Origin: Antedon mediterranea
Lineage: Eukaryota > Animalia > Echinodermata
Assembly: GCF_964355755.1 (NCBI RefSeq)
Contig: NC_092673.1
Coordinates: forward strand, 7,688,001-7,752,000
Length of the DNA stretch: 64,000 nucleotides
Direction of reading: 5' to 3'
Made by a program: the position numbers and the translations under genes. The stretch's first letter is position 1; each line of letters starts with the position of its first letter. The notes beneath the pieces are model-generated. The model saw only the letters and a list, made by a program, of their open reading frames with translations, had not been told where the DNA came from and did no database searches. Shown piece by piece: positions 52,961 to 64,000 of the stretch.

Positions 52961-55900
52961 CATCTTTTCTGTAAAATAACTGTTAATTGATTAAACTATT
53001 GTACAGTACTGTAGCATTTTGAATGTTTGACTGCCTGAGCGAATTGCATTGTGGGTAATCTTAACATTTTTTGTACATAATTTATTTGGGAGCACAAATT
53101 TAACAGAGATGAGATATAATGTTTATGAGATATAGATTATATTTTTAATCTATTTTAAAAATTGTTTATTCAAAGCTATTCTTTATACAACTGAAATCGG
53201 CCCTAAAAAACTTGTAAAAAACTCAATTTTTTTTTAAAGGCTTTAATTTATTATAACAAGTTGTGGAATAGATTACATTTTTCAGTCTTCACCTCATGGA
53301 AATATTATATCCATTCAACTTAAAATGTATTTATTTGTACACTATTCACCCTCTTCTCCAGTAAATGTACTAAGTCCGGTCCTGTTATTGTTATTAATCT
53401 TCTGCCTTATAATCTAAGATCTTATATTTCATAATATTTGTTCCCAAACAATTAGTTGTAATGATATTCATATCGGAGTGTATAATTTGTTAAGATCGTT
53501 ATCGAGATATAATAACGTCGGCTTATTACAATTGGACACTTGTAATGATTGATCTTCATATTTGTTTTGAATATTACCACTTCTTATCTACGTTGTTTAC
53601 ATAACTGCTCGGCAAGAATAACTCAAACGAAAATGATTTTAATTATGTCCTTAAAAGCGTTAATTGGTCTGTGCTTAAACAAGGCATTTCATAAACCAAT
53701 AGCTTAGCATAGGCTCTCGAGTGTTAAGCAGTGGTTCTCACATAGATAACCCTGTGTATAGTATTAATAACGCGGCAATAACACTTACTTCTCTCGGATA
53801 ATCCACGTCGAAGATGAGTTTCTATGCCCGATGATGATTCTTAAAGTGATTTTCTTATTGAAAGATAATTTGTGAAGATGATTAGTAAGAAAACATTCAT
53901 CCATCATTGATATCCATGTAATTATCCATCTTGTCATTGATTGATTCGATCTCCATTGATTTCATTACATCTCAACATTTGAATGGCTTTCTATTTTTTT
54001 CCAGTCGGAGTGTGTGTGTAAACGTTCTGGTAATTCCTTCATGATTGATCAGGATCTGGCAGATAAGAACGGAATATTGTCCGGTGGTAATTGCTCGGAA
54101 AGGAAGTGTTAAAAGTAGTTTTAATGCGATTCATCTAAAAAACGTGGTTAAAGCATAGTCTTGTGGCAACTTAAAAGACCATTTGTTTAAGATGTAGTCT
54201 GAATAAAGACGTTTTCTTTTACCTGTAATGGGCCATTGGAGTCAATGAGAATTAAAACACAATAAACAAAAAAAACAGCATCTTGTAACTACAGTAATGA
54301 GGTACATTTTAACATGTTCAAAAGCTTAATCTTAATCCGTTTAGATGTTTTTAGCTATAAATGGAGTATTAAAAAAAGGAGAGAAAAAAAATATTTTGAT
54401 GTCCATTTATTTTGTCACATAAGAATCACAGCAATTCATTCTTTTTTTAATAAAAAATATTATATTGTATTCATTATTTGTAGCCTTATTTGGATATATA
54501 AATCAGATAACTAACTATTACTATAACTACTGTATTTGTTTTATGCTTGTCACAGAGTTATAGATGGTAACAAAACATAATAAATGTAATGCATCATTTA
54601 TATGAAAAAGAATAAAACTAGATTTAAAATTATCAGATACAGTATAACGATTTTATCAATTTAGTAATACTCAAAATATACAATAAAATAAATAAAAAGG
54701 TAAGGAAATAAAAGAAAGGAAAAAGTATGTCTCCAGATCTCTCAACCCCTAAGTTAAAAGTAACACATACAGTACACACCGCTATCCCAACCAGTTGTTT
54801 AACAGATAGAGTTCAACTTGGTTGGTTCACTTGAAAAGGAAATTTTGCTTGGCATAATTAAGACAATAACAGACAATAAAATTACAAGAAAAATACATCA
54901 AATTGCACAAATGCTATAGGCCAATGTTAAAATATGGTTAATAGGCCAATGTTGAGATAATTCGCTGGAAGAAAAAAAATGTGAAGATCACGGATATAAA
55001 ACATCTAGTTTTCATTAAAATTTGATTTTTTAAATAACATTAAAATTTATTTTTCTCAGAGGATATTTTTGATGAATTATCTCCAAAAATTGTATTGTAA
55101 TTTGTAGTTAAATTATATTTTTACAACAGACTGCATTTCTGCTGAATTCGTGTTTGAAAAAGTGTAATTAAGGACTGTTACCTATGCTCTCAATCACAGA
55201 CCGTTATTGATAACTGGTTAGAAGTTTTTCCAACATGCAATTGATTTGGTGTTTTAACCGTAATTTTGATAACGCCATATAAAACATTATTTGAAATTTT
55301 TCCCATTTCTTCTGCTAAGAAAATAGAGGTAATATTTTGTTTACATTTAATCAGTTATTTGGTCACTTATCTTATTTTAAACACATTTTACTTGCTAGAA
55401 ACATTGATTGGTTGGTGTTTGTTCAAACTGGAGTAAGATCCTAGTTTTTCAAACATGAGTAAATAGTGCTATTTCAATCTTCACTAATATCACCCGCTAA
55501 AAGAAACAACAGTTTCGCATTTAAGATACTTAGTTGATGGGATGCGTACATCGTGTACTACTCATATCAGAGTTTGGACACATTTTATGTGGTTGACTTT
55601 TTAGATTTTTCCCTTATGATGAATAACAGTCACTCTAAGGAATTCATGTTTCCATTTATGTCATCTGCAAAATTGAAAAGCTAAGTACACTCCTGTCGTT
55701 TTCAAGATTCACTTTGTTTCATCTTAAGGACATTAATTTGAAGTTATTGTGCTCAAGAAGAGAAAGAAAGAAATGTTTTTCTATCATCTGTATGCATCAA
55801 TTTCATATTGTAAATACCAGGAAGAAAAGAAAGAAAAATCATTAAAAAAAAACCATAAATAATTGAATATTTAGGTAAATTCCATTCACACTAAGATGAT

Positions 55901-56310
55901 AAAAATTATTGATAATTAGATAAACATATATTTTTCTTACATAAAACAAAAGAAATTAGAGCATTTTTCATTCTATAACTATAGGATAACCGTCTATGAT
56001 GGAAATAAGCAACAGATTAATTGAATAAAAGTTTACTTTAGAATGTACTGTATAGATGTAACAATGTTTTGGTTGGGGAGAATATTTGTTTAATTTAAAG
56101 CCCAAATTTCAATCTTTCAATGCATTAAAATATTCTTCTTATTCAACTCAGAAACATTAGTATTTGCATATTATATAACACCTATATAAATTCCTGTCAT
56201 TTGATTGGACGAATGTGGGTCACATGGCGTGCAATAGTACGCACTATTCAACGATCGTTAAATAGTACTTTTTGAAACATTTTTGTTTGTTATTTAGATG
56301 TTATATAAAA

Positions 56311-56470
56311 CAAATAATGAATGTTTTATATTCGTGTAATGGTACAAATAATGGCACTTGGTGAATGATGAAAGGTTATATCAACTCGGCTTTGCCTCGT
56401 TGATATAACCTTTCATCATTCACCTCGTGCCATTATTTGTACCATTGCACTCATAAACATTCATTATTTG
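56311..56470. repeat. Long imperfect palindrome (~80-bp arms), probably the end of a dispersed element starting ~56170
   Basis: GGTACAAATAATGGCAC..GGTGAATGATGAAAGGTTATATCAAC / GTTGATATAACCTTTCATCATTCACC..GTGCCATTATTTGTACC around a TCGGC-TTT-GCCTC centre at ~56392. Confidence 0.9.
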
Positions 56471-58576
56471 TATACTATGTCACTTAAGTTTGGCTGTGGC
56501 GCAAAAGAAAGTTACTATACTATAGTGTGTAATTTAAATTTTCATACTTCCTCGTTCCCAAATCTTTAATTATTGCTACAGTTAGATATAAAAGTAAATG
56601 TATAATTGTATAACATCCCAATCAAATTTAGTTTTTATTTGAAATTCGTAACTTGGTATGTATCGTATCGTTTCCCTTTAACACGATTGATTAGTTCACA
56701 GGTTACCGGGCCTCAGCTGTCGTTGTGTTTATCCGTAATTGAACGCTATCATGCTTCTTAATTCACATGGGGAATGGACATGAAAGAATACAATAAAAAC
56801 TCTTGTTTAGAGAAATTATCTCAAAGTTCAGGTCTTATCGATAAAAAAGTCTTTGTAATATACAAAATAAAAAATGTATTGGGTTATCTTTCTTGTTATT
56901 GACAAGTACTGATAAAGAAGAAATCAAATTGAAAAAAAAAAGAATATATTTCTTTTCACAAACTGTAAAGATAATCTTGTTGGATAGTATTATTCGTTTT
57001 CAACAAATTGTTTCATTTTGGAAATTGATTCATGAGAGAGTTCACATGTTTACCGGCAAGTAAACAATAAGTTGATAACTTTGTCTTAAAACATAATTTT
57101 TTCCCAGAGTAGGAATAATAACTGTATTGTGTTGAGTATCCTTTATTTTCTATATTAAAAGAAGTAAAAAAGTACAATAAAGTGTGAAAAACAGGTTAGC
57201 CACAAACAAGCAAAAGCTTTTGTTCTGTGGCACCCTTAAATTAAAGGACAACTTGGACCGAGAACCCTATTATAATAACAATGTATTAGGGATGTACATA
57301 ATTATGATTTCATAACAATCGCGAGATTTATCACCACGCATGCTCGCCGTACAGCTGTTTATGTAAATGGTTGTGATGTCACAAGTGCATGGCAAAATCT
57401 ACTAATGAGTTTTAACATAGAGATAGGTACGGTCACTTCAATTGCTAATTTGACCAGTATTAAGCTTAAATTTGCCAAAATGTTTAGTCTGGTATTTTGA
57501 ATAAAAACACTTCATTATCCAGATAGGCAGAAGAAACAATAAATAAATTTAACAATTATATTTTTTACGATTTATTTAAAAGGTGTGTTTACTAGAAATA
57601 TTTGCGCTTTGCCAGAAATTTAAAACACTGTTTTCATACAAATGTGCCTGTTTTCACAAAGAGCTGTAAAGAGAGATGATAAAAGTCTACTTTACAAATT
57701 AACTAGTGACTATTTTGAATATTTTTACAGATGTCTGATTGTCATCTATAGTCCAACTCAATGGTATTGTTCCATTTTTGATAGTACAGTAGTTTTTCAA
57801 TATCATGGATTAGAAAGCAGTTTTTTAAAATTTCATATGCATCAAACAGTAAGAAAATTACCAATTACAGGATGGATAAACTATAAATTATCATGACTAC
57901 AGCTCCACTAAACAGTCACTTCTTGAATTACACTAACAGATCCACGCCCTCTCGCAGTAGCCCAAGTAATATGAAATTAAGGGCATTAGAGTTGAGGACC
58001 ATATTGATTACTTTTTTTTACAAATTGTTTTTAAATATGTAGAAATTAATAAATACATATAGTTACAGTGTACATTATTTAAACACTGATTGATGCACTG
58101 GTGAAGAGGTATTCGTATTCGCATCTTAAATGTTAGTGCTAAAGTACATGGCGTAAATATTTTTCTGTCCGAACTAGGTGGTGTATTATCATTATGCTGG
58201 AGTTCATTATGCAAGCATAAGATGCCAGATTAAAGAATGCTACGTATCAATAATTTTGATGTCTGGTCGACACCGACCAATGGACAGAGAAATAACCGAA
58301 AGTAAATAGAAATTGGAAGCGGTAAAATCAAACAATACAATACGTCCTGCAGAACAATTCCCTTTAAACACTAGGCAATAGAAAATTTAATGAACACCCT
58401 GCGCATAGGTTAAGCAACACAAACAAAAAAGTAATTCAAATTAAATCATAATTTACACTTCAATGTTTATTACTTTCAGCAGGCACACAATCAATACCAT
58501 GAAAATCATTGTTTAATTTTTAATGATTCTGTTGTTGTTGAAGAAATAATTATTTGATATTTATTTTTTGCCCTAG

Positions 58577-58750
58577 TAATGGAAGACACATCAATTTACA
58601 ACGAATCATATGATATTGAGTCTTCATTTGAGATGGGATTCCGGCAACGTACCAATACCGCCATGCGCTTGGAGAAGTTACGTCGCGAACGCAAGGTACA
58701 GAGTCAATATAAACGTGTCCAATGGCGGGAAAATGAACAACAACTAAGTG
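58577..58750 (+). CDS. MAPKAP1: MAPKAP1/SIN1 coding exon 2
   Basis: Acceptor ttttgccctAG|; (V)MEDTSIYNESYDIESSFEMGFRQRTNTAMRLEKLRRERKVQSQYKRVQWRENEQQLS resembles human [42 protein letters not shown]. Donor G|GTAAG at 58751; phase 1 at both ends. Confidence 0.94.
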
Positions 58751-58926
58751 GTAAGATTTTAGAGTCTGATAATTTTAAACGTTGGTTCCATATATTCGCT
58801 GCGATGATGTTGATGATGCGTTCAAGATTACTTTCTCTTTATTCATTAAGAAAACTGTGAAAGTTAAACAGGGTTCTATAGTACTTTTCAGTCTGCAACA
58901 AAATCTGACCATTGACCAATCACATA

Positions 58927-59745
58927 CCGTATATTTCGGTGTATAAGTCGCACCTGTGTATAAGATGCACCCCCTAACTGAGAGTAAAATATCGGTATTT
59001 TTTATATCGTCGATGTATAAGACGCACCTTATATTTCATCAAAACAATGTTTTTTTTAAATTGTAATCAATCTTATTGTAATAATATATTTTGTTATATC
59101 TACAACGGCGTCCTTTATTTAGGTTTTTTCTTACCTAGGTTCGGCCGCGCCCAGCCTCAACAAGTTGTTTCTAACTTGTTATTCATGAGTTTCGCACCCG
59201 CAACATCGAGTGCATGACCGTGTGTGTAACACGCACGTGTGTGGGCTAGCCTCGCTCGATCATTTCGAGAGGGCGCACGTTTTCACGGACAATCGTATTC
59301 GATTAGTATCTATGTATCCGAGAAGTGTGTACGCTAGGTCCATGCTATAATCACCTGGAGGATATACTAGTCGAATACCGTACATGTGGCCGCCAAGAAG
59401 GGCTTGCGCTGGGGGGTCGGCGATCGTGCGTATAACTATAAATAAATACTATTCCAATCGTAAACGTTTACAAATGAAATTTTATCGGAGCGCCTAAAAC
59501 AGCTCCATAATAAACAAATCTTTTCATCATATTTAGTATAACATCACGCTAAAATGCCTTGAAAACTAGGCAGAAGCAGGTTGCCGTTACGTTAGTACAC
59601 TGTAGCTAGGCCTAGGCTAGCCAACGAGGTGACGATATGTACACTCTGTGTGGTGAGGCATTTATGTTCGGTGTATAAGACGCACCCTTAATTTAGAGGT
59701 CAAATTTGCGTGTCAAAAGTGCGACTTATACACCGAAATATACGG
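58927..59745. mobile_element. Tc1/mariner superfamily (Tc2/pogo-like) MITE (819 bp)
   Basis: Perfect 27-bp TIRs CCGTATATTTCGGTGTATAAGTCGCAC, TA TSD on both sides, internal TGTATAAGA(C/T)GCACC repeats (~58956, 59015, 59672). Confidence 0.9.
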
Positions 59746-60556
59746 TACCTGAGTTTAATCGATGTCAAGGAATATCCAGGTTGTTGTCTATGCCATGTAT
59801 GTACAGTACAATAATTTGTTCGGCGACTGTTTTACATGCAGTGTAGTGATAATAGAAACCAAGGGTTGAATTTTCAAATGTGCTTAGTTAAAAAATCATT
59901 TTAAACTTTGTTTAAGGAACAATTTTACTTAAGTCAGTTTTCAACCTAAGCAAATTTTCTTAAACCTTTATTAAATAAAGCTTCAGTTTTTCACTTAAGC
60001 ATTTCTTATCTCTTGACCTAAAAAACCTTTTGATGACCTTAAAAGTGATCCGTAGGCCTATGAAAATCATTTTGTCTATACACATTATGATATTCAGCAG
60101 ATCTAGGTTTTTGAACATTTTGCCAGTTTGTATTTTTTTAATCTACAGTACAACCTAGGGTTACTGTCAGTTTTGGAGACTAGTTTTTTAATCGATCAGA
60201 CTGTACGAACTTGATAATATCACTTATCAAAGCTAACAGTCATCTACCCATCTGTATTCCAAAAGCACTTTTCTTTCTTTCTTTCCCATCATTAGTGGAA
60301 TTGATTCTTAATACATCACACGAGGTGATCAATGATTTTGCTATAAATCATCTTCAGTTGTGTTTGGACAGTGCCGAGAACTTCTCAGTGTTCTAACCGT
60401 TCTGGCTTTCCTTTGTTGCATGCGTTTAAGGCGTTCAATATCGTAAATACTCTTGTCTTTGAGGGTGGTTTAACGTATTGATATCGCATTAGCTAAATCA
60501 ATAATTTTTGTTCTTAGTGTTTTAGGAATTACTTTAAGAAGTTATATACTTCTTGG

Positions 60557-61920
60557 TAGTCTGGGCTCCAGACGGCGTTTTGTCTTAATATTAGTGAAAA
60601 TATAAATATTTTTGCACATATGGCGTTTCATACGTGTATTACTTGAGTTTGGATACTCCATCTGGGGAAACACGCACAAGTCACGTGGTTTGACACCAAG
60701 AATTTTTGGTGCATACGATTATCCAGTTGACTAGTTTCAGTCGCATGCCATTGGCTACTCACTCGTACGCAGTTTTAATATTCATATTTCAGAATTTCAA
60801 AGACTCAACAACTAAGATGATGCGCATGCGCTATGTTACGTTTAGACAATGTGCACATGTACTTGGGTACATTGATGAAAATTTCGGAAGGCTAGAAATT
60901 ATTTTATATGCCAGTAGTCTGGTAAACATTTGATGGGATTTTTCCCAAGAACATGAAAACTTGTCTTGATATGATAGACTAGCTTCTCCGCAAAGTCAAA
61001 CATTGAATGGATCATTTATTATGCGGAGATAATTTGATTTAATTCCCACCCAGACCCTGTCCTCCTGTTCTGTGTGGTGATGTAGCTCTGTTGTGTGCCG
61101 GTGGTGGTATGTACCTTGGCGTTTAATTAGGCAGGTCATACGTACGAGTTGAGTAGGCCTACGAAGGAGGCCTAGGCCAGGACTAAACAATTTATAAACT
61201 AGAAAGCCACTCCAAGAATACCATTCTTGGAGTGACTTTCTACTGTGCATACCTCCGCCTACTGTAAAATTCTCCTACATAAGATTTCTCCAGTAAAAAA
61301 AAAAATATATATATATATTTGTGTGTGTCTTAATGCTGTTTGTGATTTAGGCTAATTTCACTACAAGCATGTGTATGCGTTTGGTGTAATGGTTATGTAA
61401 AAAGTTCTCAAGAAAATTCAATTTCAGTTACTTGTTACTTTAAAACTGCTCGCCGGCTTTTGAAAAATTCTGTTCTGTTTTTTTAAACTAGCAGGTCTGA
61501 AAAATATACTCAAAAATTGGTCCAGAATGGTCCCAAAACAAACAAACAAACAAACTAACAAACAAACAAACACACGCTACCCATTACATATACCTCCTTG
61601 GCGGAGGTAAACAAAACAACTTGGCAACACGATTTTATATTTCAACAGTTGTTCAGTCTCGATCGTACATTCAGCACTGTACGTACTCGATCTTTTTTAT
61701 TTTGAAACAAAATGATCATTGGTTGATTCGAAATCATATTTACATACCGCCCGCCCCATAGCCAAATACGGTATGATAACCTACGTCAATCTTTTCGAAT
61801 GTTTGCGGTTTGCAAATCGATTTCTATACGTGTTTTACAAGTCTATATTTTCAGACAAAAATCGAAATAAATCAAATAAATAAAAAAAAAGACAATGAAT
61901 ACAGACTTGGGGCAAGTCTA
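60557..61920. mobile_element. Non-autonomous Academ(H)-like DNA transposon, copy 2 (with nested insertion)
   Basis: Same ends and body as 11513-12452; its own 9-bp TSD ACTTCTTGG (60548-60556, 61921-61929). Confidence 0.8.
61199..61609 (-). mobile_element. Helentron/HINE (DINE-1-like) non-autonomous element nested in the Academ-like copy
   Basis: Absent from copy 1. Has subterminal inverted repeats TACCTCCGCC (61250) / GGCGGAGGTA (61600) with an adjacent short IR TACCTCC (61591), an (AAAC)n microsatellite, a terminal hairpin TAGAAAGCCACTCCAAGAAT-acc-ATTCTTGGAGTGACTTTCTA, and insertion into an A/T run. Confidence 0.75.
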
Positions 61921-63187
61921 ACTTCTTGGATGCATTCAGTGGCAACTGTAGGATGCATTCAATGGCAAAAATCCAGTAAATTAAGTATTAAACATCTTTC
62001 CTCTGCCCCCACCCCCCATGGCGTTAACCCCCACCACAACACCACTCAAGTGTAATTCCAGTAATTTTAATTATTTTGATTTTTTACCTTACACATTTTT
62101 TTCTTCTATTTTTTCTACTTTTTTCTACTTATCTTGATTCGACACATTTCAACAATTGCCAAGTAGCATAACCGCTGCAAAATCGAACCTTAAACTTACA
62201 GATCGATTGCTCCTTTTAAAATGTCTATCTAACCAGGGGCAAGATAGTGTTATATTTCCAAGTCAGCCACTTTAGCTACATCTAGCCTATCTCAAATGAC
62301 ACAAATCACATGCGAATTAGCAAAGAATCTGGCTTATTATTACCAACTTGTCAGTGATAACGCCTAAAGAAGCAAAGTCCACTAACGCTGTGTCGTCTGA
62401 CCATTTGAATACGTGTACACGGATTGTCTTGGCAATATCAACATCATTATTTGTCTTTTGTTTTCACCATGTTCTATGTAGGCTACTGTACATGAGTTAA
62501 TATTGTTTGTGTGATTATATCTAAAGTTTTAAGTACAATTATAGCATCATATGTCAAGTTCAAACACTGTTAAAAAAGAATAACAATAGCACTAATTCCA
62601 TACACCTTATTACATGAATATTAAGTTTCACATCACACATGAAATGAACCCAATGTTCTTTCACATGATTTAGTTGCTTTGTATTTTGAAGACAAAAAAA
62701 ACACATTGTCTTTGTATGTGAACTGACATGGGCTGAGTACTATACATCCAGTTAATAAAGTTGTCCCTATCTTGGCCATCGGTTAAGTTAATTACTGTAA
62801 CCCCAGGATAACAATTTGTGTGAACCAGTGGCCATTTCACCACCATCACACGTAGACTTTATTTAAATTGTTATGCAATAGGGAGAAGAAAAAAAAATTG
62901 AAAAAAAAAATTAAGTGAATACCAATAGGGAAATGTTTTATCTACAGTAGGCAAATCTGTTTACACAAATCAAACATTTCTGAACTCTGATTGGTTGTTA
63001 CGCATTTAATTTTTTTTCACAAATACTACCGTTGCAAATACAGCCACAGAGCTTGTTGATGTTTAGCCCTCAAAGATCTGGCCACATTAAAACAATCTTT
63101 CAGTTCATTTATTAACAATAACACATTTGTTTTTTTTATTCAATATCCAATTTATACATATTTTGTATTCATTATTGTGTTTTTCAG

Positions 63188-63330
63188 CTGAAGATCTTAA
63201 TATATTATTTGCTAAGAAAGAAGTTTTACCGGTTATAACAAGTGGGAAATCAACACTGGCAACACAGCTTGAACAGTTTCCACATCAGACCAATAATCCA
63301 TTCTCCGAGTACAGCAGATATGATGGCAAG
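63188..63330 (+). CDS. MAPKAP1: MAPKAP1/SIN1 coding exon 3
   Basis: Acceptor ttttcAG|; (A)EDLNILFAKKEVLPVITSGKSTLATQLEQFPHQTNNPFSEYSRYDGK resembles human ELKSLFEKK...[21 protein letters not shown]. Donor AAG|GTAGTT, phase 0. Confidence 0.94.
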
Positions 63331-63666
63331 GTAGTTTTTCATTCCAATATTATATCACAATGCAGTTAACAAAATACCGTAAAACCATGGGCTTCCTTTT
63401 TGGTTTGTAATCTCGAAAAGAAGCCCATCTGGAGATCACGCCCACTGGTCTTCTTTTCAAGACAGTATGGGTTTCTTTTCAAGACTATTTGAATGTCAAA
63501 AAATACAAATACATTATCGTTAAGAGTTAGTTAGGTTATTGAATGCCAGATAGTACTTCGGGTGAAGACTAATAATGTATGATCAACCAAAAAGTTAAAC
63601 TGTTGTATTCTAGTAATAAGGCAAATAAAATAGATATGAATTTATTTTTACATTTATAAATCATAG

Positions 63667-63839
63667 GCACATGTAGGTTCTGGTAACGTGAAAAAGATTA
63701 ATATTTATTTTACCATGGCGACCGGAGATAACGACCTTCAACCTTTGACTGTGTATGTCCTGTGTTCGGCCAAGGTTCTTGACCTTGTTGGTCTTCTCTG
63801 CTGGCATTATACTAATCAAGGAACACAGGAGCCATTAAG
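63667..63839 (+). CDS. MAPKAP1: MAPKAP1/SIN1 coding exon 4 (CRIM domain); gene continues beyond the window
   Basis: Not in the ORF track. Hand translation after tcatAG| gives AHVGSGNVKKINIYFTMATGDNDLQPLTVYVLCSAKVLDLVGLLCWHYTNQGTQEPL, resembling human GHVGTTATKKIDVYL...[27 protein letters not shown]. Donor AG|GTGAGC at 63840. Confidence 0.94.
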
Positions 63840-64000
63840 GTGAGCCAACAAAATCATGATATACTTTTAGAAAGAACAAATTGCTTCTTGTCAAGAGCAA
63901 GAAAGCAAAAGATATGTACCCAACTTGGGAGCAGTTTTCTGCATTTGATATGCAGATTCGACATAAAGTGAGTCATTTATCTTCGGCGTGACGGTGTAGA

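Noticed and set aside
60706-62055. ORFs inside the Academ-like copy
   Set aside because: Indels between the two copies break the frames, and there are no transposase motifs.

Overview
This is AT-rich animal (invertebrate-like) genomic DNA, mostly intronic or intergenic; it is not prokaryotic, and almost all ORF-track calls are spurious. Two spliced genes lie head-to-head. On the - strand is a PBC-class TALE homeobox gene (Pbx/extradenticle): coding exons 1-2 at 35121-34883 and 34108-34035, then a >34 kb intron 2 running off the left edge. On the + strand is MAPKAP1/SIN1 (mTORC2 subunit): four coding exons between 48889 and 63839, with a probable non-coding first exon near 45.1 kb. This mirrors the divergent MAPKAP1-PBX3 pair in human. 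The non-coding DNA holds several non-autonomous DNA transposons (Harbinger-like, Tc2/mariner-like and hAT-like MITEs, two Academ-like copies with 9-10 bp TSDs, two Helentron/HINE-like elements, one nested), a 17-bp minisatellite and a 160-bp palindrome. The most unusual signal is a window-wide excess of TA-xxx-TA words (TACAGTA/TACTGTA, TAGGCCTA/TAGGCTA/TAGCCTA, TACCGTA), often stacked on a shared TA. They resemble accumulated DNA-transposon excision footprints, and the GGC class clusters at both promoters. All counts and homologies are by eye or from memory and need computational confirmation.
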